Made by a program: the position numbers and the translations under genes
Assembly (NCBI RefSeq): GCF_963921235.1
Contig: NC_086097.1
Span: forward strand, 48,982,001 to 49,046,000
Direction: 5' to 3'
DNA: 64,000 nucleotides
Source of the DNA: Mobula hypostoma
Lineage: Eukaryota
Notes under the pieces: model-generated
The model's database searches: none
What the model was told of the DNA's origin: nothing
Seen by the model: only the letters and a program-made list of their open reading frames with translations
In this document: piece by piece, positions 33,981-48,091 of the stretch
How positions within the stretch are numbered: position 1 is the stretch's first letter
Layout: each line of letters opens with the position of its first letter

Positions 33981-35391
33981 TTAGTTTCTCCAGCAGTTTG
34001 TAGCCTCTTGTGTCCCAGCTGTTTTTCTTTGATTACTCACAGCTCATTAGTCCTAAAGTTTGGAAAATAAATAAACCAAGACTGCATTTCCTGGAATGTG
34101 CTAAGTCATTAAGTTTATCTACCACTGCCCAGCAGTAGAATGTGCTTGTCCAGTTACTAAATTAAAGAATGCCTCTTTAGTTGTTTTTCCTTTGACTGTT
34201 TCATTCCAACTGTAACAATCAAACTGAATTGCAAACAGCAAAGATTGCGTCGTTATTGATGGAGTACAGAGCCTTTAACCGGCAGTTCTAGCTTGACCCT
34301 CAGTGTTTATCTAAAGTGGCACAGTGCCAATCTTTGGCATCTACTTTTCCTATCAGCTGAGAACTGTGCTTAATGACGTCTTGGCTTATGGTATTTTGCA
34401 ATTGCTGCAGATGAAGGAGGAAGTTGGGACTCCAGTTTAAAGTTTCCGATTCTGGCCCAACTTAGCAGGGAAAATTAACTGATACAACTCCATTATGATT
34501 AACAGGTAGGACTGAAAATGCAATGTGATTATGTGATGACTGCTTTAAACTTTGACATGTTTTTGCTTTGGCTGTATCGGCTATCTGTTTTAGCAGAACA
34601 AGTAATCACACGAACTTTTGTAGGCTGGTTGAACTGCAGTATGTGCGTTGAGATCCTGCAAGACATGCAGGCATTACTCCATATAGAGGCTATCAGTTTA
34701 CGTGCAGTTTACATTTCCAGAGCTAGTGTGAAAGTATCAATAATCTCATCCTGTTGTGGTTTCTTTGCAAGTTGCAGTTCAATTCCAATGTCTGCAAATC
34801 GCATTATTTTAACATTTTACAGTGAATGCCTATACAGTATACAGATTAGTGCGGTTACAATGATCTGAGTCATTGCTTAATCTAGTAAGGAAAATAACAA
34901 TTTCACATTTATATATACTTTCTGTTCAGAATTCTTCTTAATTCACACAGAGAGCAGCATTATCCCTGAGTGTTTCCATATCCTATCTCCAAACCTGAAC
35001 TTTAACCTTCACAAAACTCTATCTGGTCCAATAGATCACGGTTCATTCTTTCTGTCACAAAATGCCCACAATATTACCAACTTCTGTAGGATTCCTCTCT
35101 TTGAGAACGGTCTCAAATCTTCAGCTTTACCTTAAATAACTTTATACCTTCCTGTGTACGCATTGTATCCAGTTGTGGGTGCTTTTATAATTATATTTCA
35201 CTGATACCAGATTACTCAATGCTGGCCTTGGGCATCTGTCTCTTTAGCAGCCATACTTTGTGCTCCCAAATTTTACCTTTGTTCATTGTTCAATTATTGT
35301 CAACTGTAATAGAAATATTCTGTTAATTTCTTTCAAATGGTAAATTGGCCAAGTAAAGCATTCACCCAGCATCACCCTCCCAACTCATTCA

Positions 35392-35424
35392 TACACACAA
35401 ACACACACACACACACACACACAC
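35392..35424. repeat. (CA)n microsatellite
   Basis: Run of acac repeats. Confidence 0.95.
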
Positions 35425-35649
35425 TCTCGCCATATAAATAGACAATGGGTTATTGCTGGACTTAGCAAAGTTTGAATGCTCAAAAATTAATTAGTCTCAC
35501 GGACTTTCTTGCATATTTAATTCCACCTAGCTGAAATTTCAGTTGACCCCACCTTACTCATCTTTATTGGAGCCATGATCCATCAGTAAACACAGAAGAC
35601 TTAATAGTTCAACAATGTCTTGAATATTTATCATGTGTACACTAATTTC

Positions 35650-36270
35650 TAAATATGGAAATAATTCAGAAATTGGAGGTGCAAAGGAACTTGGGAGTCC
35701 TAGTTCTTGATTCCTTTAAGGTTAACTTGGAGTTTGAACTTGCAGTAAACTAGGCCATTGGCATTGCACTGATTTTGAAAAGTCTAGTACATAAAAACAA
35801 GGATGTCCTGCTGAAGCCTTATAAAAAACTGTAATGTTGTGAACAATTTTAGGCCCCATTTCAAATGGAGGATGTGCTGGTCCTGAAGGATTTCTTGAGA
35901 AGATTAATAAGAATAATCCCTGGAATTAAAAGCTTAGTATATGAAGAGAATTTGATGCCTCAGGGCCTGTGCATGATAAAGTTACGAACGATAAGGGTGA
36001 TCTCATTGAAGTCTACTGGATAGCAAAAGGCCTGGAGAGAGTGGACATACTGTAGAGTACGTTTCCATTAGGATGAGTGTGTAGAGTCCAAGGGCATCAG
36101 AATAAAAGGCTGTGGAGGCCAATTCATTGTGTATATATAAGGCAGAAATTGAAAGTTTCTTAATTGGTAAGGAGGTTCAGGACTATGGCAATGCAGCAGG
36201 AAACAGGGGCTGAAAAAAACATCCATGATTGACAAACGGAGCAGCTTCAAGAGGTGAAATGGCCCATTTC
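35650..36270 (+). mobile_element. CR1 3' portion, degenerate
   Basis: ggaggtgcaaaggaacttgggagtcct...aaggttaactt...aaggatgtcctgctgaagcctttataa resembles the RT C-terminus at 54660-55300. Confidence 0.7.
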
Positions 36271-39200
36271 TGCTTGGGTCATTTTGTCCATCGTGTGGAC
36301 AGAATAGGATAAGAAAATTAAACCTCTGCTTTTATGGTCATATCCCATTCTGTCCTCAAAATACAAAATCAGATTATTTCAATATCTGTATAGATATTCT
36401 TTCCCATCTTCCCCTCCAAAAAGATTGCATTATGCTTTTGAGGGCAAGATTAGAGAATATACAGCAGACAAAATTGACAAACAAAGAAGGTGGATGTTAT
36501 GTTGATATAAGCTCCTAGGAAGTAAACATAGAAAACCCTAAAGAGCTTTGTAAAAGCGAGGTGACAAAGGAAATATTTTTCCCCATTCTAAATACAGCAT
36601 TAGTCAATTTCAATCAGGCTGTCATTGGGCAGGCCAAAAAAAGCCTCCAGTTGTAAACTGCGGAGAATAAAACTTTCTTCTCCAAGAACTATCCAATAGG
36701 GCTTGTTGGAAGTGTGCAGTTGCTACTCATTAACAAATCAGCTCACAGTTTTTGAATAGGTTGTACACATATTTGTACTTTTAATGTTGAATGCATAAAT
36801 AATTGTAAGAATTTGCACAAATTTGTGCAAAACTGCAGGCTGCATGAGAAAGTGATGCATGCTTCACTAAGAGGGAAAACTGAAGGAGAAAAGCTATTGA
36901 ATGAATGGGAAAAGGCAAAAGGTTTAAATCAAAATTGAAATGTTTTACTACTGTTGCTTAATTGTGAACCGTCTGTACAGCAGGAACTACATTAAAATTG
37001 TTTTAGTTCTATTCAGGAGTACTCAATATTTTATAGAGCACGGTCAGTGTTAACTTGAAAAAATACCAAAGGTCAAGTGTAGGAAAGAATGTTCTCAGTT
37101 TCTAAATAATTTATAAAGCAATATCACATTAAATCCTGCTGGCTTTAACTGTGGGAATATTAGAGAAAATCAGGATGCTATGTTGATCCAGGAACAATCT
37201 TGAGCTGTATCATTGAAAACGATTGTGTGCAAAATGTTGACAAAGTGCAAATAAAGTTTATGCAAGACCTGTTGCTCAACTGGCCATTGTCAACAGGCTG
37301 GAATATGTGATACCTAACAGGACTTTAAAAAAAAATAGCAATAGTCCCCCAATTCAAAGTAGTGTCCAATGAAATTTCAGTCCAAGATTAGACTGAGCAC
37401 AGTCTGGATGGTGCTCCATCGTTATATTCAGATCGATATAAAACATGCTATAGCATTAAAGAGTATAGATTTTTCCTAATGTCCCGATGAACACATAATA
37501 CTTGAACATCACTAAGCCAATTACCTTTCTCATTTTCGATAAATGGAATTCGGAATCTATAAAATATCTGTTACACCTGTGTACAGAGATTGGCTTTATA
37601 GCAAAGTACACAGGAATAATGCCCACTTAAAGAGGATACAGGCAGAAGCCTAGGTACTCCATTTTGGCCAGGAGTTAATATTGGCTGAACTGGAGAAAAT
37701 CCAAGCGGAAACAAAAAAATCAAAACAAGTATATGTTATTGATATTGTTAATAATAGATTCATTTAGCAGTGGAAGAAGCCCGTATTATATGAATCTATT
37801 ATTAATAATTCCACCTATGTTGTGTCCCCTCCGTAACAAAAAGAATCATAATTTAAAAGTTTGTAACAAACTTTGCAATCCTCTCCGTTCCAGCGCAAAT
37901 GACCTCACTTCGTAACATCAAATAATCAGATTTTCATCACTGGAACTTTAGAGCCAGAACAAACAGCCACATCAGTTTCTCAATAAATCATAAATCTGAA
38001 TTTTGCACAGCATTAGTGGTTAAAAATATCCTTTTCATTAGTGCCTTGTTACCACTGTAAACTCCATGACAACAGTAGACTTAAGCACATTTAAGTTCAG
38101 TAAAGAATTTACTACACTATGCAGGGGATCACAGTATCACAAAGTGATACAGTGTGCAAGCTATTTGGAACTTGAAACCATGAAGGCTGCAGCATAGAAG
38201 GAAACCATCTGGCCTGGTGAATGTGTGCTAGCTCTTTGCCAGTTGCGTTTATCCTGTTCCTTGGTTTTGTTTGTAACCCCATTGGTTCATTATCATTTTT
38301 GGGTAACATGTTTTGTATCTTAAAACACTTTCATAAGTGCTTTAAAGTTTATTCTATTTCTTTTAAATTTATGTTTCCTTGTTAATAACCCACTAGCGAG
38401 AGGCAAGAGTTACTCCTCTGTTCTGTTGAAACTGCTTGTCCTCTTGAAAACACTTTTTGTGCAACCAATTAATCTGCTTGATTAAGGAGTAACTCTTTAA
38501 TCTTTTCAACACTTTCCAGTGATACAGGCCCCTCACACACTGTACCCTTTCAGAAGTTTAAAAATCTTGTTTGCAATATGGTTCCAGAAATTATGCATAA
38601 CATTCCAAAGGAGACATAAGATATACTTGTAGTAAAGTTCTAATATATGATTTGTTTTTTTATGTTCTTTGGCACTCCTTAGAAACTCAAATAAGTCAAG
38701 CTTACTTAAGCAAACAATCAGTTTATTGCGCTACCTTATTATAAATGACATCTATGCTTTATTATAAATGACACAATTTTAAACACAGTCTACAGCATCT
38801 GACGTGCGGTATTCAGTAACCTTGTGGGTACACAGTTAAACAGACACATAGTCTCAGAGCTCAGCAAGCATGCATCTACCTTCACCATCACGTAAGTAGT
38901 TTTTGGAAGGGTGGTGTGAGTAAATGCTGAAATGTCCTTTTCTACCTTTGCCTCATCCAGCTCAGTAACCACCTGGCCACGTGTTGTACTTTGGTGGAAG
39001 CATAACTTGTTTCATATTCATGTGTTTCTGATTCTTCCATCATGAGTGTCGCTAATTTTGTAGATCGTTCAGATACAAAGTCTGAGGACAAAGGCATGCA
39101 ATTTTCTGACATTTTCATCTGTGTCATTTCCAGTGTCCTGGTCTCAAACACTTCCCCTTTAGAGCTTTTATCTTTTCTATAGAAAAATTACAATATTCTG

Positions 39201-39659
39201 AATTTGAATAGTTGCCTGGATGACACTAACACACTTCTCAGCCAAGACCACCCCTTCTGGACAAGTGACCTCATCCAGTGAGGAGACCACACACAAATCA
39301 ATCTCATTGTGTATAGTTTGGAAACATATTGAAGTTGTAGAGTCACAACAGCTTTCGGCAATTCAACAAGGAAGGCACAGATTGCTTCCCTGAGCTTCCC
39401 CCTGCAGGCTTCAAATTGAAACTTCAAACAGTTTCTGAACACGTAATATTGCAACTTAATTGAAATGGTCATCAGCCAGACTACAAGATGCTAGTAAACC
39501 AGTGCAACAAAAGTACATTTGCACTACAAGGAATGGCTATTCCATGCTGATGCCCCAAAAGCTATATTATCTTACCCTTTGGTCAAATCTGCAACACTGT
39601 TGGCACGGTAGCCTTCTGAGTAGGTAGTGAATACTTCCCATGAAGTATTTAAGCCTTCA

Positions 39660-40178
39660 AAAAGTGCTGGATACAGTCTAGTCCATCACAGGAAAAGCCC
39701 TCCCCACCATTCAGCACTTCTACAAGGAGCGCTGCCACAACAAAGCTGCATCCATCATCAAGGACCCCAGCATCCAGGCCACGTTGTCTTCTTGCTGTTA
39801 CCATCAGGAATGAGATATAAGAGCCTTATGTTCCATACCATCAGGTTCAGGAAAGGTTAGTACACTTCCACCATCAGCCTGCTGAACCGGAATGGATCAC
39901 TTCACTTATTTCAATATTCAATTGATTCCACAACCTATGGATGTGCTTACAACTCCTGTCCTCAATATAATTTATTTTATTCTTTATTTATTATTTTTTT
40001 TGCATTTACACTGTTTGTCTTTTTCACATTGGTGCCTTGTCTCCCTTTGTGGTAGTTTTTCATTAATTCTATTGTATTTATTTGTTCTACTATGAATGCC
40101 TGCAAGGAAATGAATCTCAGGATGGTATATAGTGATATGTATTGTACATATTTGATAATTAATTTAATATGAACTTTG
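39660..40178 (+). mobile_element. Rex1/Babar-like 3' end
   Basis: gctgcatccatcatcaaggacccc..catccaggcc...ccatcagg..gagata..agagcct..caggttcagga, like 60535-60650; (gaacttt)-type tail. Confidence 0.75.
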
Positions 40179-42630
40179 ACAACTTCATTTACTCTATGAA
40201 CATCTCAGTGTGTACTGCCATGCACAGTTTTACACGGTTCTTCACAAACTTCTCTTTGCACATCATTGAACTTGGAATGTTCTTGAATTTGCTCAGTTTC
40301 TCTTTCTATAATATGCACATTCCATAACCTTGTGTCCTTTTCACTGGGCTCCTTTGTGTGACACTGCGTATGTGAGGAACTGAACAGGCCAGGAGATCTG
40401 GTCATCATGGCTGTAATGCCAAGGTTCTTCTCAAACGCTTTCAGAAAGCCCCTACAGACAACTGTAAAACCCGGAGAGCAGATCAATCATGTCGTCCTGT
40501 ACATAATGAAGTTACAAGCTTAAAGTCATAGTCACCCTTTAACACCCAATACTAAATACATTACACATTCTTTCTCTATGCCCTGCCAAGTGCTTCACAT
40601 CACACCTTTCCTTAGTAACCTCCATCTGCTGTATGTCTGCCCACTTCAATATCCTAATATCCAAAGCCCATCTTTTTAGCCATCTACTCTTTGTCAGTTT
40701 TTGCTATTATATGCAATACTTGCTATATTTTATTCATTATAGATCGTGATGATTATCAGAATTATTGCTGGGAGCCTTTCCTCATCATTCATGATTGCTT
40801 TGGTGTGGTTTTGTAATTTCTGGCTGGTGTAACACTATGAATGTTTAATATCCTTGATCCTCTTAAAGCATGAGTTTTTAATAGATGCTAACTGCATTCT
40901 TTCCTGAGGTTTGTGATGTAGGTATGTAAATAAAGCACACATTAAACATTCTTACAATACAGCAGTTTATAACTCTGCCTGCTCTGTGAAATGACAAGCT
41001 CTGAATTATCACTACAGCCTAGCGTTTAATTTTTTAAAAAGGCATAACTGTGATGAATAGAGAAAGGGGATTATAGTTATGTCTGTATTAGAATGCTGAA
41101 ACTTAAAATATAATTGAAGAGGAAAATCACTCTTTTCTCTTTAAATTTTGAAAGCTAGTTTCACTAAAGAGAATTATTAATGTGAATGTACAAATCGATT
41201 TTCAGTAGTAAAAATAGTTGCTTTCCCAACTACTTTTTAGATTACTTCTCAGTAGTAGGTGGCCTTTTTAAAACATATCATGATAATCGCATAACCAAAA
41301 TACAAAGTGAACAAGTCTGCCAATGTTGAACACACCTTTACATAAATAATTAATCTACTGTACAATAAAGGTAATCCTACTGATCATCGTAAAGAGATCA
41401 GGTACCCCATCGCAGTGTTGAACAGGAAACATTAGGCATGGTATTTACTTATTTATCATGCTTTTGTTAGTTGGCTTGACCAATTTGAAACAGATGCATG
41501 TAAAATTTATAGTGCAGAAGGAGGCCACTCAGCCCATCAGGTGCATGCCAGTTACAAAAAAAATGACCCAACCTAATTTCATATTCCACTATTAAGTCTG
41601 CTCTTCAAGTCTGCATCACACATGTTGAGGCTTTCTCCTTTACCATCTTTCAGTCGGGAGAGAAAATAGAAGCACAGTATTTATAGAGGATATCATAATT
41701 AGGCAAATAGACACTGGTTCTCTGCAGCTCAGACCCTGAGTCCCAAAGGCTGTGTTGTCTGCCTGGTGTTAAAGTTACTAACATATCTTCTGAGGTTAAT
41801 TTGAGGTTGGAGAGAAGGATCCAGTTGTCATGGCTCACATTTGCACTATTGACAGTTAGGACTAGGAAGGTGGTTCTACTGAGGGATTATGAGGAGAGTT
41901 TAGAGCAAAATTGAAAAACAGAACTACAAGGGTGATAACTTGTTCATTATTCCCTGAAAGACATGCAAATTGGCAAAGAGTAAATAGGGTAAGAGAGGTA
42001 AAAGGGATGTAAATTGGTTTATTGTTGTCATTATTACTGTTATCAGGGTATAGTGCAAAACTTGTCTTGACTACCAAGCATAGAGATTATTTCATTATAA
42101 CAGTGCATTGAGTATAACAAGGTAAACCAATAACAAAATGCAGAATGTCATAGTTACAGAGAAAGTGCAGTTCAGGCATACAATAATGTACAAGGCCCTA
42201 ACAAGGTAGATTATGAGGTCAAGAGTCCACTTTATTGCAGTAGGGGTTCATTCAATGGTCTTAGAACAGTGGAATAGAAACTGTTTTTCAACCTGTCGGT
42301 ACATGCTTTTGGGCTTACATATCCTCAGCTGATGGGAGAGGGATTTGTTACAGAAATAAGTTCCTATTCATGGGCATTGGTATGAGACCGAGGGAAGGAG
42401 AAAGCTGTTCATTGGAGACAAACTTCATCTAAGTTATCCTAGGATCAGTGTCCTGGCAATTCACACAAATATTGTTGGACAAATGATACTTGTGGCATAG
42501 TATATTGAGGTGAAAATTGGCAAACAAAGTGCAACACACTGGAACAAAAAATAATGTATGTAAAATTATGTAGCATAAGGTAAATCCAGGGTTAGTAAAA
42601 TAGGCAAAAAGGTTTATTATTACTTATTTG

Positions 42631-43722
42631 AACATAAGAACATAAGAAATAGGAGCAGGAGTAGGCCATCCAGCCCATCGAGCCTGCCCCACCGCTCAAT
42701 AAGATCATGGCTGATCTGTCTGTAAACTCAGCTCCATCTACCTGCCTTTTCCCCATAACCCTTAATTCCCTTACTATGTAAAAACCTATCTAACTGTATC
42801 TTAAATATATTTAGTGAAGAAGCCTCAACTGCTTCCCTGGGCAGAGAATTCCACAGATTTACCACTCTCTGGGAAAAACAGTTTCTCCTCAACTCTGTCC
42901 TAAATCTTCTCCCCTGAATCTTGAGGCAATGTCCCCTAGTTCTAGTCTCACCTACCAATGGAAACAACTTTCCTACTTCTGTCTTATCTATCCCTTTCAA
43001 AATTTTGTGTGTTTCTATAAGATCCCCTCTCATTCTTCTGAACTCCAGAGAGTGAAGTCCCAGGCGACTCAATCTCTCCTCATAGGTTAACCCCTTCATC
43101 CCTGGAATCAACCTGGTGAACCTTCTCTGCACTGCCTCCAAAGCCAGTATATCCTTCCTCAAGTATGGAGACCAGAACTGCACACAGTACTCCAGGTGCG
43201 GCCTCACTAGTACCCTGTATAGTTGCAGCATGACGTGCCTGCTTTTGAATTCAATCCCTCTAGCAATGAAGGTCAATATTTCATTTGCCTTCTTAATAAC
43301 TTGTTGTACCTGAAAGTCAACTTTTTGCGATTCATAAACAAGCACTCCCAAGTTCCTCTGCACAACAACATGCTGCAATCTTTCACCATTTAGATAATAA
43401 TCTGCTCTTCTATTACTCCTTCCAAAGTGGATGATCTCACATTTACCAGCGTTGTATTCCATCTGCCAGACTTTGGTCCACTCGCTTAACCTATCTATAT
43501 CCTTCTGCAGACTCTCCACATCCTCTGTACAAGTTACTTTTCCACTCAGTTCAGTGTCATCAGCAAATTTTGCTATGCTACACTCAGTCCCCTCTTCCAA
43601 ATCATCAATGTAAATGGTATACAGCTGCAGGCCCAGCACCGACCCCTGCGGCACCCCACTCACCACAGACTGCCATCCGGAGAAACACCCATTTATACCA
43701 ACTGTCAGCCTTCTATTAGTTA
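42631..43722 (-). mobile_element. Young 5'-truncated CR1 with an open RT C-terminal ORF
   Basis: ORF 42728-43774: SGVPQGSVLG..KFADDT..WQMEYN..LYRVLVRPHLEYCVQFWSPY..SQRVVNLWNSLP; (aacataag)n tail. Confidence 0.95.
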
Positions 43723-44085
43723 AATGCACACAGAATTTGCAATAGGATAGATAAGTTAATCCTACAGAGTGCAAAATGTGTGATTGATCTAATAGCTTTG
43801 ATGAAGAACTGATGCAGTATGACTAAGACTGGGTCTTCAATATTCTGTTTTATGTACATAGTTTCAGAAGAAAAAGCCAAAAGGGGAAGGAGACTGGATA
43901 ATATTTTAATCAAAGAAGGTATTGAAGCAATGTCTAGTCATGGTGTAGAGGCAGTGGACAGTAAAGCAGAATCAGTTTAGATTGAAATTATCAACACCAT
44001 AGAGAGAAGACTTTAGTAGGAGTAGTTTATAGCCCACAAATGTGACCTCTTAATAAAGCGAAGCACAGATGGGGAACTTTTCAAG

Positions 44086-44481
44086 TCATGTCTGAAGGGA
44101 TATGCAGTCATGGGCTTTTTGCAGTCATGCTCCGGATGGCTCTTGATGTGAGTTGGCAACAGCACATGACGAACGTTGAGCTCTATAACAATCTACTGAT
44201 GCTTTCCACTAAAATCGAGGCGAGAAGACTGCAACTAGTGGGGCACTGTCTACACCACCCCGAGCTACCTGCCAGCCTAGTCATCATATGGGAGCCCAAG
44301 CACAAGAGGATGAACCCTGGACGCCCTCCCAAGACTATGGTCAACATGCTCTTAGAAGACAGCAGTGCGGCTAGTGTAGATGAACTGAACACACTGATGA
44401 GGGAGAGGGAGAAGTGGAGAGTCTGTCATCGTGCCCGACGCCGGCCCCCTAGGCCTGAGTCGACATAGTAGTAGTAGTAGT
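44086..44481 (+). mobile_element. RTE-clade LINE 3' end
   Basis: LRMALDVSWQQHMTNVELY..RRLQLVGHCLHHPELPASLVIIWEP..GRPPKT..MREREKWR followed by a (tag)n tail; inserted in a decayed CR1. Confidence 0.85.
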
Positions 44482-44779
44482 GGCGGCTTTTTCAATCGAC
44501 TCATTGATTGGACAAACTAAATTGGCAAGGTACTGTAGAAAAGGACTTGTGAAATGCATCATGGGTTGCTTCTAAGAGCAATATGTTGTAGAACCACCTT
44601 AGAACAGGTTATATGAGATTTGGTCATGAGTGAAGCAGAAGGATTAATAAGAGATCTTGTGGTTAAAAATACCCTCAGAGGTAGTGACCACAATGCTGCT
44701 TGAAGGTGAACACCTCAGGAATGAAACCACGTTCTAGAGCAAAAATGACAACATTTTAGCAGACTGGTCCATTAAGTAG

Positions 44780-45680
44780 GCAGGAAGATAAGCAACAAGT
44801 TGGCCTTTATTGTAAATGGGCTGGAGTTTAAGAATATGGAGATTCAGTTGCAGTTTATGGACACTGTAATACAGTGGGCTGTTATGTTCCCCTTGCCTAC
44901 AAAACTATAAAATTGCATTGGAAGCCATCCAAAGAGATTCACCAGCCTAATTCCATGGATGAGAGGATTCCCTTACCAAAAGGGACTAGAGCATTTGGAT
45001 CTGTATTTCTTTCAATTTAGAAGAATGAAGAGGAACTTTCTTCAAACATATAAGATCCTAAGGAAAGTTGACAGACAGCACATCCTCAGAATAAAGGGAC
45101 ATTACTTTAAAACGGAATTGAGGAGGAATTTCTTTAGCCAGAGGGTAGTGAGTCTGCAGAATTCATTGCCACAGATGTCTGTTGACACATAATCATTGGG
45201 TATATTTAAAATGGAGTCTGATAGGTTCCTGATTAATAAGGGTGCCAAGGGTTACAGGGAGAATATAAGAGAAAGTGGTTAAGAGGGATAAACCAGCCAT
45301 GATGGACTGGTAGAGCATCTCAGTGGGCTGAATGGCTTAATTCTGCTCCTATGTCTTGTGGTCTGATGGACAGTGTAGATGCAGAGATGCTTTCACTAGT
45401 AGGAGAGACACAAACTGGGGACGTAGCCATAAAACAAAAGGCCTGTCACTTAAAACAGGTGTGTAGCAATCTAATTTCTCAACTCCTGGTGAATCACTAT
45501 TCTCTGTACCTGAGTGAGGTGAAGGCCAGATCATTAGAAGTATTTAAAGTGGAGAGAGATAAATATTCTAAAGATTGAGGAACTGTGGATTATGGGCATA
45601 GAAGAATTGTGACCAGTATGATCATATAGAAAGGTAGGATATGCTTGAGGGATCTGGTGATCTTCTTCTGCCATTCTGAT
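44780..45680 (+). mobile_element. Two tandem degenerate CR1 3' ends
   Basis: FRRMKRNFLQTYKIL..FKTELRRNFFSQRVV; 3' UTR ttctgctcctatgtcttgtggtct; a second partial copy follows. Confidence 0.7.
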
Positions 45681-46618
45681 AATTATCTGCATATTCTTTT
45701 AGCTTGATGCATGTCTCCAAATGCATTAAATCCCTCTTTTCTGCCCAACTGACTTGACCATCTATGTCTTCCTACAATGTGACATCTTTCTTTCTCACTC
45801 TTAACTGATATTTGTATTATTGCAAATACCTTTACCATGCCCCATCCTCCTCCCTAAATTTTAGTTTAATTCATTGGCATATGTTACAGAAAACAAGAGA
45901 CTAAGTGCACGGCTGTGTGGAACACCACTGGAAAAGCCATTGATTCACTAAATCAAGTTTTGCTCCCTGCCATGAGCCAATAATACTCAATTTGTCACTC
46001 TCCCTCAAACCTCCTGGGATCTTATCATCCTAACCACTTTGCACGAGGAACATTGATAAAAGTTGTTAAAATCAAAGTGATCTATTTCAAACCCACGGTC
46101 TTTATTGACCAGTTCAGAAAATTCAGTCAGGTTGATAACACCATGGTATTTTCTTAGCAAATATATACTGAATATCATTGACTAAAATGTGCCTTTCTAA
46201 GTGAAGGTCAGAATGCAATTGAATAATTTTCCCACCACCAAAGTGAAACTGTCGTTATTTGGTTTATTCCCTAAAACTATGGTACAACAGCACTTCTCCA
46301 ATCCTCTGTCAAGGCTGACCATTTCAGGGATATAGAGGTACTTTTTAAAAAGAAGAAAGAGGTGCAAGGCAAGTACAGACATCCCACCCTGCAAAAACTC
46401 ATTTCAGGGAGGTAGCACCCCCGCCCCCCCGCAACCCCATATTCCACCCCCCCGTCGACCTCCAAGGGTGTATATAATACTTTGTTTAGTGATTTTGTCT
46501 AATCTGTAAACCAAATTGGGTATATGCAGCAAATGTGGCATTAAAATATGTACTTATATTATATTATCATGTTTATTCTATTACAACTTTAAGCAAGTCT
46601 ATAGGGAGTTTGGCCTCA

Positions 46619-46935
46619 TCCAGAACGAGGGGTCACAGTTTGAGGATAAAGGGGAAGCCTTTTTGGACCGAGATTAGGAAAAACTTCTTCACACAGAGAG
46701 TGGTGAATCTGTGGAATTCTCTGCCACAGGAAACAGTTGAGGCCAGTTCATTGGCTATATTTAAGAGGGAGTTAGATATGGCTCTTGTGGCTAAAGGGAT
46801 CAGGGGGTATGGAGGGAAGTCTGGTACAGGGTTCTGAGCTGGATGATCAGCCATGATCATACTGAATGGCGGTGCAGGCTCGAAGGGCCGAATGGCCTGC
46901 TCCTGCACCTATTTTCTATGTTTCTATGTTTCTAT
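46619..46935 (+). mobile_element. Young CR1 3' end
   Basis: SRTRGHSLRIKGKPF..NFFTQRVVNLWNSLP; (tttctatg)n tail. Confidence 0.92.
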
Positions 46936-46989
46936 CACGTAGGACATCAATAGCATAGCTCCTTGGCAGCTAGCCAGCTAGTTTAAAAT

Positions 46990-48091
46990 CAGGGGTCCCC
47001 AACCTCTTTTGCACCGCGGAACGGTTTAATATTGACAGTATTCTTGCGAACCAGCCGACCCGTGGTGGGGGGGTGTTAAACTCGACCGGAATATAGGTGA
47101 TAAGTCAACTATAAGTCACTTGTAAGTGGCTAATACACTCAATTTCATTTCTAAAGGGATTTATCTAACGAATTTAATATTAAACACACAGCACATATTT
47201 TCCTCACATGAATGTAGTGATAAGTCGTTGCAGTGGTACAACGGTGGCCGGAACGCACCCAGCACATCTTTAAGAAAAAAGCCGAAATAAACAAGCTAAT
47301 TGATTAGATGTCGCCTCTGATCTGGGCCAACATTTACATGCCAGGCGGCACCTAATCAATCAGCTTGTTTATTTCGGCTTTTTTCTTAAAGATGTGCTGG
47401 GTGCGTTCTGGCCACCGCTGTATTCTTCACAGCCCCGAGGTTGGGGACCACTGAATTATAAGTCACTTATAAGTCAATAGCATCATAACATTTTAAGTTA
47501 TGTTTGGATGTTAAACACACAGCACATATTTTCCTCATATGAACATATAAAATCATTGCAACACACCAATATCGCTGAATCAGTGGGAGCCCTGGGCTTG
47601 TTTTCCTGCAACAAGATGGTCCCATTGAAGGGTGATGGGAGACAGCGATACTCGAAGGGGGTTCCTTATGTCCAGTCTATTCAGCAATTTAGTTTTTGTT
47701 GCATTCATCGCAGAAAACTCCACTTCGCAGAAATATGTTGGAAATGGAAGCAACGTTTTCAGTGTTTTCGTGGCTATCTCAGGATATTCAGCCTTGACTT
47801 TGATCCAGAATGCCGGCAGAGATGTTATGTCAAACATACTTTTCAGCCCACCATCACTTGCAAGCTCGAGGAGTTGATCTTTTTTCCGCGCTGACATGGA
47901 TGATTCACCGGGGACATTCACAAATGGGTCACGGACCCTTTCCTTTGCACGTCTTGGGTCACTGATGACCTCGCATGTGTTAAAATTCAACAGTCTGTGA
48001 CAGGGTATGAGGAAAGGTGCAGCTGACTCATATTGTTTTATATTGCCGAATCATATTGTTTTCCTCATGGCCCGGTGGTTGGGGACCACTC
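46990..48091 (-). mobile_element. hAT-Charlie (MER1/Charlie3-like) deletion derivative
   Basis: TIRs caggggtccccaacc / ggttggggaccact. ORF 47580-47990 is a hAT dimerisation domain (SLPAFWIKVKAEYPEIA..LLPFPTYFCE..FSAM..TKTK..NRLD..LRVSLS..KQAQGSH). An extra internal TIR lies at 47439-47453. Confidence 0.9.
47239..47420. repeat. Palindromic module flanked by TA, homologous to 7647-7856
   Basis: caacggtggccggaacgcacccagcacatctttaagaaaaaagccgaaataaacaagct ... agcttgtttatttcggcttttttcttaaagatgtgctgggtgcgttctggccaccgctg. Confidence 0.85.

Noticed and set aside
36812..36831. Perfect 20-bp palindrome tttgcacaaatttgtgcaaa
   Set aside because: Isolated, short and AT-rich, with no associated structure to support a function.
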